From an uncultured Clostridia bacterium (GTDB lineage Bacteria > Bacillota > Clostridia > TANB77 > CAG-508), in the NCBI GenBank assembly GCA_947626865.1, contig CANQTZ010000001.1:3772-67771 (forward strand): a DNA stretch of 64,000 nt, written 5' to 3'. Under the pieces are notes generated by a model that did not search any database, was not told the origin of the DNA, and saw nothing but the letters and a program-made list of their open reading frames with translations. Position 1 is the stretch's first letter; every line of letters starts with the position of its first letter. The translations under genes and the position numbers were made by a program. Positions 1-11,191 of the stretch are shown piece by piece.

Positions 1-705
1 CTTTTGGATTGGAGTTTGAGGTGTTTCACTTTCTATAATCATATTGGCAATTTGTCCTACTTTTGTATTCATACCTGTTTCAGTTACAATCATTTTTCCA
101 TTACCATTTACCACAATACTTGTCATAAACGCCATATTGTTTTTATCCCCTAATGGCTCGTCTTTTTTACAAATACTATTTGCATCTTTTAGTACCGCTT
201 CTGTTTCACCAGTTAAACTCGACTCCTCTACTTTTAGCTGAAAACTCTCTATAATTCTTCCATCTGCTGGTACATAATTTCCTGCTTCTAATATAACAAT
301 GTCTCCTTGTACCAATTCTTCTGCATTAATTTCTTTAATCTCACTTTGCCTTATCACTTTTGTTTTTTGTGGTGCCATTTTTTGCAAAGCTTCTATTGAT
401 TTCTCTGCTTTTGCTTCCTGCACCACTCCCATAATAGCATTTAAAATTACAATTGCAATAATAATTATAGAATCTTCTACATTGGCGATAAATGCCGAAA
501 TAATAGAAGCAATAATTAAAATAATAATCATAAAATCATTAAATTGTTTTACAAATTTGACAATAATACTTTCTTTAGGCTTGTCTTTTAAAATATTCTT
601 CCCATATTTTTCTTGCCTTTGTTTTACCTCATTGGCACTTAAACCACTACTTGCATCTACTCCCAATTTTCTTAAAACATCTTCTTTTCTTAACGTTTCC
701 CACAT
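1..705 (-). CDS. P-type cation-transporting ATPase (Ca2+/SERCA-YloB-like), N-terminal part; continues beyond window start
   Basis: Manual reverse translation from ATG at 705-703 gives MWETLRKEDVLRKLGVDASSGLSANEVKQRQEKYGKN...VPADGRIIES..LKVEESSLTGETEAV...TKVGQIANMIIESETPQTPIQK. This is a typical Cation_ATPase_N plus actuator-domain sequence. The frame is open to position 1. It is missing from the ORF track because it is truncated. Confidence 0.8.
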   Translation of the reverse strand, partial: MWETLRKEDVLRKLGVDASSGLSANEVKQRQEKYGKNILKDKPKESIIVKFVKQFNDFMIIILIIASIISAFIANVEDSIIIIAIVILNAIMGVVQEAKAEKSIEALQKMAPQKTKVIRQSEIKEINAEELVQGDIVILEAGNYVPADGRIIESFQLKVEESSLTGETEAVLKDANSICKKDEPLGDKNNMAFMTSIVVNGNGKMIVTETGMNTKVGQIANMIIESETPQTPIQK

Positions 706-855
706 AATCTACTCTCCTTTGTATTTATTTGTTCTTTTAATTATATGTGGCTTGTACCATGGATATGTTAAATTGTTACAATTCACGAAAAAAAGATACC
801 TCTGCCAAAAAACATTTAGCAGAGGCTGATTTATTTAATTGCTGTTTTTTACTAT

Positions 856-1047
856 TTACTTATCTTTTTTATTCTCGCTTGTTCGTACGTCGTCATCACC
901 GTAGTCTATATCGTATCCCCAGTTATAATTAGGGGACTGAAAGAACCCAGAGGCTACTACTCTGGCGTTCTCATCATCCTCGTCATAAAACGAGTTCGTC
1001 CTAATTGCAGGGAACAATACCGAATCTGGAATCTCTATGTTTATCAT
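856..1047 (-). CDS. small acidic hypothetical protein (63 aa from the internal ATG)
   Basis: The ORF track gives 856..1083. AAAAGGAGGAG precedes the ATG at 1047 (MINIEIPDS...), so that start is preferred. I recognise no family. Confidence 0.35.
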   Translation of the reverse strand: MINIEIPDSVLFPAIRTNSFYDEDDENARVVASGFFQSPNYNWGYDIDYGDDDVRTSENKKDK

Positions 1048-1241
1048 ATACTCCTCCTTTTTACGTTTACAGCAATTAAACAAATCATTTTTTCCCTTTA
1101 ACCAAGGGTAAACATCAACAATGTCTAGAATATACCAGACTTAATTGACAAAATTATTATAACACATTTTTCTCTCAATGTCTATATATTGTTAAACCTG
1201 AACTTAAAAAACAAATTTTACATATAAATCATAAAAATATA

Positions 1242-1270
1242 TTGACAAATAGAACTTATAGTGTTATATT
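1242..1270 (+). promoter_or_regulatory. candidate sigma-A promoter for the XRE regulator
   Basis: TTGACA (1242-1247), a 17-nt spacer, then TATATT (1265-1270), about 25 nt upstream of the ATG at 1295. Confidence 0.4.
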
Positions 1271-1294
1271 TACTACTTAGAAGGAAGTGGTAAT

Positions 1295-1624
1295 ATGGAA
1301 GTTGATTATAAACTAATTGGAGAAAGAATAAAAGAGGGAAGGAAAAGGAAGAGGTGGTCACAAGAAAGGTTAGCAGAAGAAATGGATTTAACAGATGTTT
1401 ATATTAGTAGAATAGAAAGAGGAGCACAAACAAATCTAAAAAGGTTAGTTCAAATTGCAAATGTATTAGAAATACCATTTGAATATTTAATAACAGGAAC
1501 AGTGCCAAAAACACCTAATTATTTGGACAGAGAATTATACGAGATACTAATGAAATGCACACCAGCCAAGCAAAGACTAATTTATAGCATTGCAAAAATA
1601 GTAGCAACAGCAAACTTTGTATAA
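1295..1624 (+). CDS. XRE-family helix-turn-helix transcriptional regulator
   Basis: The N-terminus IGERIKEGRKRKRWSQERLAEEMDLTDVYISRIERG is a classic HTH_3/Cro-C1 motif. A GGAAG RBS lies upstream. Confidence 0.85.
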   Translation: MEVDYKLIGERIKEGRKRKRWSQERLAEEMDLTDVYISRIERGAQTNLKRLVQIANVLEIPFEYLITGTVPKTPNYLDRELYEILMKCTPAKQRLIYSIAKIVATANFV

Positions 1625-1631
1625 AAAACAC

Positions 1632-1671
1632 AAAACGGTAATTTTTAATAAATTTTAAAAATTACCGTTTT
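1632..1671. terminator. bidirectional hairpin terminator between the convergent XRE gene and smc
   Basis: AAAACGGTAATTTTTA / TAAAAATTACCGTTTT inverted repeat flanked by A/T runs. Confidence 0.6.
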
Positions 1672-1675
1672 AACA

Positions 1676-4600
1676 TTATCCTAATTTCATAGATAACAAT
1701 TTAGAAATTCCATTTTCCTCCATAGTCACTCCATATACAGTATTAGCAGCTTCCATAGTTCCCTTTCTATGAGTAATCACTAAGAATTGAGTCTCTTTTG
1801 AAAATTTCTTCAAATACTCTGCAAATCTATATACATTAACATCATCTAAGGCGGCTTCTATTTCATCTAATACACAAAATGGTGCAGGGTTTATTTTAAG
1901 TATAGCAAATAATAACGCAATTGCAGTAAAAGCCCTTTCTCCTCCAGATAATAGCATCATATTTTGTAATTTCTTTCCAGGAGGTTGTACAGTAATGTCA
2001 ATTCCACACTCTAAAACATTTTGTTCATCTTCTAATGATAATGTTGCTTTTCCTCCGCCAAACAATTCTGAAAATACTTCTGCGAAGTTTTTATTTATCA
2101 TTTCAAATTTAGTTTTAAATTGTTCCTTCATAGTTTTTGTTATATCTAAAATAACATTTCTTAATTTACTCATAGTGCTCTCTAAATCAACTCTTTGCTC
2201 ACACATAAAATCATATCTATCTTTCAAATTTTGATACTCTTGGATAGAATCTACATTTACACTACCAATATCCCTAATTTCCACTCGTAAATCGTTCACC
2301 TTTTTTTGTGTTAGACTAATATTTTCTGGCTTTTTATATTCGCCAGCTGTGTTTGGAGTTAATTCATATTCATCCCACATTTTATTAATAATAGAATTCA
2401 TATCTTCTTCTGTTTTCGTTTTCTTAACATCAATTTTTACAATCTGTGCTTTAAGTTCTTCTATATTATTGAATTTAGAAGTAATTTCTTCTTCTTGTTT
2501 TGATAATTTTTCATTTTTTTCAATTCTTTCCTGTTTTAAATCCTCAATTTTTGAACTACTATTTTGCACATCTTCTTTTATTTGATTTATTTTATCTTTA
2601 GTCTCTTGAATCGTTTGTTCTAATTCAAGATTATCATGTTGAATTTGTTCAATTTGCTGTTTTTTATTTTCAATGCTCTTATTAGCATTTTCAATTTCAG
2701 ATTTAATTCTATCTTGAATTTCTTGAATAGAAACTTCACTTTCATCAAACGAAGAAACAGAAATCTTCAAATTTGTTATATCAAAGTTTAGGTCATCCAC
2801 ATATTTTTGATTATCCTTATTTAACTTAGCAAATTCAGATATTATTTCTGTCAAATTTTCAGTTTCTTGAATTAAATCTTGCATTTGTTGTTCTAGTTGT
2901 TCTCTATTTTTAATTGATGTTTCTTTTTGTTCTTCTAAAGCTTTTTGTTCCTCTTTTAATTGCTCCAAATATTTTTGGAACCTAGCAATATTTTCATCAA
3001 TAGCTACCACTTTTTGTTTTTCTGTGGCATAAGTTATATCTATTTCTTGCAACTCTTTTTCTAAACTTATGGCATTTTCTATAGTATTTTGTATAGAATT
3101 TTCATATTCTTGTTTCTCTTTTTCTAATGTTGCAATTTTACTCTTCAAGCGCTTAATATCTTGTTCTAATTGTTCAATTTCACCTTTTCTTCCTAGAATA
3201 TTAACAGTTTTCTTAGCAACAGATCCTCCAGTAATTGCACCTGATGGATTTATAACATCACCTTCTATTGTGATAATTCTAAAGGTATAACCATTTTGTT
3301 TAGCTATTTTTATAGCTGTATCCATATTATCTACAATTACAGTTCTGCCCAACAAATTAAGGATAATAGCCTCATATTTTTTATCGAATTTTATTAAATC
3401 TGAAGCAATTCCAATAAGCCCTTTTTCATTGCCTTTTATTTTATCCAACTTTTTACCCTTCACAGATGAAATTGGTAAAAAAGATGCTCTTCCTAAATTA
3501 TTTTTTCTTAAATGTTCTACTAATTTTTTAGCATCATTTTCTGTTTGAGTAACAATATTTTGCAAACTTGCTCCTAAGCACATTTCAATAGCTGTTTGGT
3601 ATTCTTTTGGTACTTCAATAAGATTTGCAAGCACACCACACATACCTTGCCCAAGTTCTTGATTATTTTCGCAATCTTTTAATAATGATTTTACACTTTT
3701 GATGTAGCCTTCTTTTTCTTTTTCAGTTTCAATTAAAAACTTCAATTTTGATTCTTTAATTCTCATTTCACTTTGATATGCATTTATTTGACTATCATAA
3801 TTTTTTATATTTTTTTCCACAGAATCTTTTTGTTCATTTATTTCTTCTAAGCTCTTTATAATTTGATTTCTCTTATTATCTATTACATAGAATTGTTTGC
3901 TTATATCTTCTTTTTGCAGACGTGTGGCATCTAATTGTGATATTTGATTTGATATTTCATTTTTTATTTGATTTTGTCTTTTTTGGAAGTTTTCGTAATT
4001 AATATTTTGTGTATTAATATCTGCTTGCAATTCATATTTTTTATCTGTATTCTTTTCCACTTGTGCTTTATGTGCTTCTATTTCTAATTCTTTTGAAGAT
4101 AAAGTTTTGGTAATCTCTGCAAGCTCTTTCTCTTTTTGCTGTAGCTCTTTTTCAAATTTTTCTTTATTTTGTTTTAGATTTTCTTTCTTTTCTTCTCTTT
4201 GTTTCATTTCATCTTCTAAAGATATTTTTCTGGCTTTAGTTTCTTCTATTTCTACTTGGAATCTTGCCTGATTTTCTTGATTATTAGCAATTTTGGTTGT
4301 TGACACTTGAATATTAGAATTTAGCATTTCAATTTCTTTTTGGCTATCAAATGCTAAATTAGATAAATCTTCAATTTGTTTTGTAATTTCATCTATTTGT
4401 ATTTTTAATTCTTCTTTTAATTGCTTAATTTTATTTAGATTTTCTTCTTCTTCTTCACATTGTGTGACATAAATATTTTCATCTTCAATTAATTCTTGCA
4501 AATTTTGTTTATATTTTTCAATGTTATAAATAAATAAACCAATTTCAATGTTTTTAAGTTCTTCTCTTAGGTTTAAATATTTTTTAGCTTTTTCTGCTTG

Positions 4601-5221
4601 CATTTTTAATGGTTCCATATTATTTTCTATTTCTGATAAAATATCATTAATCCTAAGCAAATTTAATTTTGTATGTTCTAGCTTTTTTTCACTCTCTGCT
4701 TTCCTTGTGCGATATTTAACAATACCTGCAGCCTCTTCAAAAATATGTCTTCTGTCTTCTGATTTATTACTTAATATTTCATCAATTTTTCCTTGTCCAA
4801 TAATGGAATATCCATCTTTACCAATTCCTGTATCCATAAATAATTCTAATATATCTTTTAATCGGCAAGGAACTTTATTGATGAAATATCCTGTTTCTCC
4901 ACTACGATATATTTTTCTAGTTACAGTTACTTCCGTATATTCTATAGGTAAAGTTCCATCAGCATTATCAAAAATAAGGGATGCTTCTGCAAAGCCAAGT
5001 GATTTTCTATTTTGTGTTCCTGCAAATATGATGTCTAGCGTTTTTGTGCCTCTTAATGATTTCATGCTTTGTTCTCCAAGAACCCATCTTATGCTATCTG
5101 ATATGTTACTTTTACCAGAACCGTTTGGACCTATAACAGAGGTTATTCCTTGTTTAAATTCTAATACTGTTTTATCTGCAAATGATTTGAAACCTTGCAA
5201 TTCTAGTCTTTTTAAATACAT
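1676..5221 (-). CDS. smc: chromosome segregation protein SMC
   Basis: 1181 aa. N-terminal Walker A (GPNGSGKSN), long coiled-coil, hinge, and C-terminal LSGGE signature plus Walker B (FCVLDEIEAALD). Confidence 0.97.
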   Translation of the reverse strand: MYLKRLELQGFKSFADKTVLEFKQGITSVIGPNGSGKSNISDSIRWVLGEQSMKSLRGTKTLDIIFAGTQNRKSLGFAEASLIFDNADGTLPIEYTEVTVTRKIYRSGETGYFINKVPCRLKDILELFMDTGIGKDGYSIIGQGKIDEILSNKSEDRRHIFEEAAGIVKYRTRKAESEKKLEHTKLNLLRINDILSEIENNMEPLKMQAEKAKKYLNLREELKNIEIGLFIYNIEKYKQNLQELIEDENIYVTQCEEEEENLNKIKQLKEELKIQIDEITKQIEDLSNLAFDSQKEIEMLNSNIQVSTTKIANNQENQARFQVEIEETKARKISLEDEMKQREEKKENLKQNKEKFEKELQQKEKELAEITKTLSSKELEIEAHKAQVEKNTDKKYELQADINTQNINYENFQKRQNQIKNEISNQISQLDATRLQKEDISKQFYVIDNKRNQIIKSLEEINEQKDSVEKNIKNYDSQINAYQSEMRIKESKLKFLIETEKEKEGYIKSVKSLLKDCENNQELGQGMCGVLANLIEVPKEYQTAIEMCLGASLQNIVTQTENDAKKLVEHLRKNNLGRASFLPISSVKGKKLDKIKGNEKGLIGIASDLIKFDKKYEAIILNLLGRTVIVDNMDTAIKIAKQNGYTFRIITIEGDVINPSGAITGGSVAKKTVNILGRKGEIEQLEQDIKRLKSKIATLEKEKQEYENSIQNTIENAISLEKELQEIDITYATEKQKVVAIDENIARFQKYLEQLKEEQKALEEQKETSIKNREQLEQQMQDLIQETENLTEIISEFAKLNKDNQKYVDDLNFDITNLKISVSSFDESEVSIQEIQDRIKSEIENANKSIENKKQQIEQIQHDNLELEQTIQETKDKINQIKEDVQNSSSKIEDLKQERIEKNEKLSKQEEEITSKFNNIEELKAQIVKIDVKKTKTEEDMNSIINKMWDEYELTPNTAGEYKKPENISLTQKKVNDLRVEIRDIGSVNVDSIQEYQNLKDRYDFMCEQRVDLESTMSKLRNVILDITKTMKEQFKTKFEMINKNFAEVFSELFGGGKATLSLEDEQNVLECGIDITVQPPGKKLQNMMLLSGGERAFTAIALLFAILKINPAPFCVLDEIEAALDDVNVYRFAEYLKKFSKETQFLVITHRKGTMEAANTVYGVTMEENGISKLLSMKLG

Positions 5222-5303
5222 TTATATCACCTGAGTTCAGTTTATACTATTTTTGGGCTTTTGTAAAGAAGTTTTTAATATTTTGACATATAAAAGTTAC
5301 TTT

Positions 5304-8300
5304 TTATTTCTTATTTTTCCTTTTTAAATATAACAAACAAACTATAAGTACAAATACTGAAATTCCTATTAATATAAGCCATATCATGTCATTTATTTCA
5401 TTTCCTGTTTGTACATTTAAAATTTTACCTGGTGTAACTTTATTTTCAGTTAATTCCTCGTTTGTACTAATTGCTTTGTCTTTCATTTCAATTACTTGTG
5501 TTTCTTTGTCACTAGTAACTGTAAATTCTATGCTTTCTGCTTGCTCATATCCATCAGGGCAAGTTTTTTCTGTTAATGTATAAGTTTCTCCTTCTACCAA
5601 TCCTTCTACAATATGAACTTCTTTTCCAGAAATCCATTCATCTACTACATTGCCATCTTTGTCTGTTACGACTAACTGTGCACCTTCTAGTTCTTCTCCT
5701 GTAGCAAAGTCAGTTTTCTTAACTATAACTATTTTATCTATTAGTTCAATATCTAAATTTCTTTTATCTGTTGGAACTGTAAATTCTTCATCTGCCATTT
5801 TTACATATCCGTCAGGCACTTCAATTTCTTGTATAATATAGGTTTCACCCTCTATTAAATTTTTAACATTATGAATTTTGCCATCTGTTACCCAAGCATC
5901 GATTACATTTCCTTGTTTGTCTATTACTTGCAATTTAGCTCCTATAAGCAGTTGCCCTTCAATGTTAGTTTTAGAAACTTTTACTTGCTCATCTATCATT
6001 GTAACTTTTTGTGGATTTGCTGTATTTTCAACTGTAAATTTTATATCGCTTGCTTTTACATATCCATCTGCTACTACTTCTTCATGTAATGTGTATTCGT
6101 GACCAACTAACAAACCTTCTATTGTATGTGGCTTATCTTTAGAAATCCATTCATCTACAATATTTCCATTTTCATCAATGACTTGTAATTTTGCACCTAC
6201 TACTTCGTTTTCTCCAGTTATATCAGATTTTGATATTTGAACTAAGGTAGTATCATTTGAAATATCTAAATTTTGGACATATTCTTTTGTTTTGGTATCT
6301 TTTTGTTCAAAAATAATATTATGAATTGTACTATCTAATACTAAACCATCTTTTGTACTTATTTCTTCTAAGTTATAACTTCCCATTGGTAATCCTGCAA
6401 TTTCTAAATTGCCATCTGCATCTAAATTGTAAGTTCCAATAATTTGTCCTTCTTTGTAAATAATAGAACCATCTGCCCAATCTATAATATCTTTATTGGC
6501 CTTTAATCTAAATTGGATTCCGCCAAAGTTATGACCATCTACAAAAGATTTGTCAACTCCTTCTCTTATGGCAATTGATTTATTTAATACTATTTTACCA
6601 GTAGGTTGCTCATTTTCTACTTCAACTGTTATCCATGCATCTTCATTCAAATCATATTCCAAACTAGGATTTGTTGTATTTACATAGAATATCAAATTGT
6701 CATCTAATTGATTAAATCCATCTGGAATTTTAGTTTCTACTAATCTATATGTGCCAGCAGATAATTTAACTTGAGTTTCACATATTCCATTTTCATCTGT
6801 TGACCATTCTCTATAATAGTTAGAGCCAACTTTACATTGCACTAAATTCCACTCTTTTGTTGCTTTGTCATATCTATATAATTCAAATGTTGCATTAGAA
6901 AATGTAACTGTTTTTCCTGTTTTTTTGTCTTTTTTTACCATCTTTATATAAGATGTAAATGGACTATCATTTTCTACTACTTCTTTTATAACACCATCAC
7001 TATCTTTGTCTATTGTAACTGTAAAATCTTCTACTTGATTTATATCATTTTCTGGCACATGAGTTTCAGAAACCACATAGTCTCCATAAGCTAGAAAGTC
7101 TGACACTCCATGCCCATTTAATCCGATTTCAAATGTGCACCACTCATCTTCTGCAAATTCTTCTATATGTTTATATGCCTCATCAAAACTACCATAGTAT
7201 TTTACATATTTTTCTAATATTGCTGTAAATTTTGCTTTATCTACTGTTGGTGCTGTTGTATTTGTGTCTGTTGATACCTTAATAATTTCAAATTTAGCCC
7301 TTTGTACTTGCTCTGTAACTGTTTGTTGTACTTGGATTTCTTCTGTCAACTGGTCTATGTAATCTACTCTAAAATTATATGTTGTTGTATCTGGTGTGTA
7401 TCCTGTTGGACTAGTAGTTTCACGCAAATAATATTGTCCCATTGGAACACCTTTTAACTTGCTCCCATCTATGCTTAAATTTACACCATCTGCATTATTT
7501 AGTATAGTAATTGATGGAAATCCTTTTGCATCAAATGTGAAAGTCGCAATTGCATCATTTGGTCTATAATATGTAACTGTTTTTGCATAATTTGTTATAT
7601 TTTCGCCAGCATATAAAGTATAAACTGCTCCTGCAAATGTTGCATCACCATGATGATATTGCCCATCTGGCCTTACTCCATTCCCTGTAAGCACATCTAC
7701 TTTGCTAACATCTATTACTCCTGTTGGCTCTTTATCTACAATAGTCGCATCTCCCAAAACTACTGATGTTGTCTGATTTGCATAAGTTAATTCTACTTCA
7801 TATTTGTTTTCATTTAACAAATATCCTGTAGGTGCAAATACCTCTTGAACATAGTATTTTCCTAAATGTAAATTCTCTAAGGTTCCAGAACTGTTTGTAC
7901 TGGTATCTATGCTACCTACTTCATCTCCTGCATGAAAATAAGTGACCGTTCCTGCTTTGTTTACAATATCTTCTTTGGCTATTACAACAAATTTTGCACC
8001 TTGTACAGTGTCTTGATTCGTATTTGTTTTAACAACAGTAATTTTTCCAGTAGGCTCTAAATCAATAATTTCTCCTAAGTCTATTTGAATTACAGGTGTA
8101 TGTTCGTCTACATAGTCAATACTAAATTTGTGTTCTGTTTCATCTAATAAATATCCATTTGGAGCAGAAAGTTCTTTTAGGTAATATCTTCCTAGTCGCA
8201 AATTATCAATACTTGCTGTTCCATCTTCTGACGTTATAACAGATTTTACTTTTTGGCCTTTTGTATAATAAGTTACATTTCCGAGATGCATCTGTTATGT

Positions 8301-10185
8301 TTTCATCTGCATATAGCTCAAATTCAACTCCTCCTAAGCCATCGCCATTATCATTAACTTTTTTGAAGATTATTTTTCCTGTTGGTTCAGCATTTTCTAT
8401 ATTTCCTAAGTCTATTTCTGAATTTGTTTCTGTTACCTCAGCTTGATGAACAGTAGTATCTAATATATAACCTCGTGGAACTGAAACTTCGGTTACATTA
8501 TATTTTCCTAATGGTACACTTTCTAAAGTTCCTCGACCACCAGCACCTGTAGTAATTCTGCCAATTTCTTCTCCTTTTGAATATTCTTTATCTGTGCCTT
8601 GAATATCCTCTGCTGCTGTTATACTAAATACTGCTCCTTGTATTCCATTTCCATTTTTATCTACCTTAGTTAAAGATATTTTTCCTCCTACTGCTTTTAG
8701 ATTTATATGGAATACTATCGGTTCAACATAATTCGAATACAACATATTTTGTATGCTAGAGGATGTAAAAGCGATGTAAACATGAGTGCTATCAGGATTA
8801 TATTCTGATCCATTTGGCAATAGTCCTTTTATGCCAAAATCTGCACTATTAAAATCTAAATTGTCAATTACTTTACTTGCTGTTATTTTTAATATATTGG
8901 ATCTGCTTTCATGTTCAAATTTGACACCTTGTGTTTCTGTAGAAAAAGTACCAAATCTTTTAAACCAATCGTTGTTTAATTCCTTTGTTTTTCCAACTTC
9001 TAATGTCAATCCGCTCCAGTTCATATTAGTATAATATGTATGTTGTTCTGCATCTACATCATAATACTGAGATATCCTTTGTTCTAGGGCATTATACCAT
9101 TCTAAATATGAACTATATGTTAGCCAATTAGACTTCCATGTACTTTCTATTGGATATTTGCTCATATATCCTTCTTCTTTTGAAGTCCACCAACATTGTT
9201 GCTGTGCTGCAATGGCTGATTTCCACCCTTCATCTGTACTAGGAATCCCTGTTCCATATTCTATAACATGCCCAAAATAAATTTCTGTTGCGAGACCTGC
9301 TAAAGTTTCATCAGTGTATGCAGTAAATTCCGAACCATATACATATTCGTGATTAGTTGGAGATGTTTTTCCATATTCCATACAAAAGACTAAAAATTCT
9401 TGTCCATTTACTCTTGCAAAGTGCATTTCGTGTCCAAATCGATTAAGTGAGCCTACTACTACTCCAAATACTGCATTTGAAGTTAACTGTGATAGAGCGT
9501 CTAATGTCATAATTCCTTGATTTTTTTCTTCTGTAATAGGTATGATACTGTTATAAGTTTTGACTTTTTGATTTAATTCTTCTTTTGTTAATATTTGAAC
9601 AATTTTGTTTAATTCTTCCTCGGTTTTATTTAAATATGTATTTATTGTTTCATCTGTTTTTTCTACTTCAATTCCTTTTTGGGTTATTTTGCCAAAATAT
9701 ACTTTTGTTTCTTCATCACACAAATTTTCAATGTCTGAATAAGATGTTGGTACTACCTTAATTTCTCCTTTGTTATTTATTAAAATAGCAACCTTTTCTC
9801 CTATTTCAAAATCATTTGTAATTATTGGTAATACTGCTGTTGTGTCATTTGTTATTCCGTTGTCTTTGCTCACTGTTACACTTTCTTCTGAATTTTTTTG
9901 TGTATTTTGTTCTTGATGTTCTTCTGTATTTTTTTCTGTGTTTTCTTCTGTGTTTTCTCCTGCCTTTTCTCCTGTCTTTTCTATATTGCTACTTTTGTTA
10001 CTGTTTTTTTGTTCATTTTCTTCACTTTTTTCAAGAACTTTTTGTTCATTTTGTTCTGCAATATTTTCATTTTCTGTTGCTGCATAAACTTTTGATGAGA
10101 TTAAAGCTATATCAGAAAAAGTTGATGTGAAAAGAACAAGCAATAGACAAATAGCTGTTATTATTTTTTTAGTTATTAATTTCAT
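5304..10185 (-). pseudogene. large sortase-anchored surface adhesin (signal peptide, thioester-like domain, many SpaA/Cna-B-type repeats, NVQTG sorting signal), split by a 1-nt frameshift near 8283
   Basis: ORFs 8206..10185 and 5304..8291 overlap in different frames. Removing G8283 gives ...ELYADENITDASGNVTYYTKGQKV..., which matches the internal repeat pattern (AGTVTYFHAGDEV, AKTVTYYRPNDAI). N-terminal signal peptide MKLITKKIITAICLLLVLF...VYA. C-terminus NVQTG, then a hydrophobic stretch, then KRKNKK. Confidence 0.8.
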
Positions 10186-10245
10186 AAATTGTCCTCCTTT
10201 TTTAATTTTTTATTTTATGCAAGCAAACATCTAGTGTAAAACACT

Positions 10246-10935
10246 TTATTCCACAGGTATGATACTTGCAATAATATAATGTCTTTGGTTTGTTGGATGT
10301 GTTTTTGCATTTATGTATGAGCATGTTGATAATTTTACTATTTTTTTTATATTATCGATGTTTTCTACTGGATACTTGCTTGCTTTTTTATAATAGTCTA
10401 CTTCTTGTGCAAAATCTAATGATTTTATATTTTCTTCTTCTTGGCTTTCATCTATTGAATAACAGCTAAATATTATTGCTTTATAATTTTGATTTTTTGT
10501 ACTTATTTCAAAACTAGCGTGTTCCTTAAAAAAATCTTCGTTCATATACTTAGCTAATTCCGAAAACATAATTTCATTTTGCATATTATGCCCATATATA
10601 GTAGTTTCTTCGTTTTGTAAAGGATTATCATCTAATGTAAATATGGAGCCATTACGATTGCTTTTTCCATCAAATGAATGTTTTAAATATTTTAAGTTAC
10701 TATTGTCTTTTAGTATTGGGTAATTGATATTAGTGTGTTCTACTCTTATCCAGCCTATAATATCTTTATTGATTTTTTCTAATTGTTGCCAGTCTATATT
10801 GGTTTTGTTATTTTCTTTTATCACATACTTTGTCAATTTCATAGTAGAGTCTTTGCATTCTTTGTACTCTAAAAAATTTCTTACAAAAATGCAAGTAGCT
10901 AAAATTAATGCCATTGCAGATATTACAATAGTCAT
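10246..10935 (-). CDS. srtB: class B sortase
   Basis: 229 aa with an N-terminal TM segment. Motifs GSIFTLD, TIYGHNM, LSTCSY (TLxTC catalytic Cys) and a conserved Arg near the C-terminus (QRHYIIASIIP). It lies directly upstream of the adhesin. Confidence 0.85.
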   Translation of the reverse strand: MTIVISAMALILATCIFVRNFLEYKECKDSTMKLTKYVIKENNKTNIDWQQLEKINKDIIGWIRVEHTNINYPILKDNSNLKYLKHSFDGKSNRNGSIFTLDDNPLQNEETTIYGHNMQNEIMFSELAKYMNEDFFKEHASFEISTKNQNYKAIIFSCYSIDESQEEENIKSLDFAQEVDYYKKASKYPVENIDNIKKIVKLSTCSYINAKTHPTNQRHYIIASIIPVE

Positions 10936-11191
10936 TTGTGCAATTTTTACCTTTATGCCTTTGTCACCTCCTCTCTTAATTTTTTTATTTTGGCATCACC
11001 TCCTTTTCTTGAAAAATTACTAATAACTTTTATAGCATATACTTTTAATTTTTGTTTGGGCTATATAGTATAGTAATTTTGAAACTATTAATATTAATAT
11101 TTCTAGGATTTTTTTTAGAAATTTTTAAATATTTTTTTACTAAAATTAATGATGAATTAAATTTTTGAAAAAAATCTAAGCTTGTACAAAA

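Noticed and set aside
299-829. Plus-strand ORFs antisense to strongly supported minus-strand genes (e.g. 44..241, 299..829, 4548..5234, 18136..18711, 37630..38037, 39895..40272, 49419..49763, 50076..50828, 63241..63883 and the many 60-100-aa entries)
   Set aside because: Their F/L/S/I/C-rich low-complexity translations are typical of the antisense strand of AT-rich coding DNA. Each lies wholly inside a gene with clear family motifs on the other strand.
8206-8291. Programmed ribosomal frameshifting to explain the overlap of the two adhesin ORFs
   Set aside because: There is no slippery heptamer or downstream structure at the junction (..GCATCTCGGAAATGT..). The same single-base event is seen in three unrelated genes, which favours an artefact or mutation.
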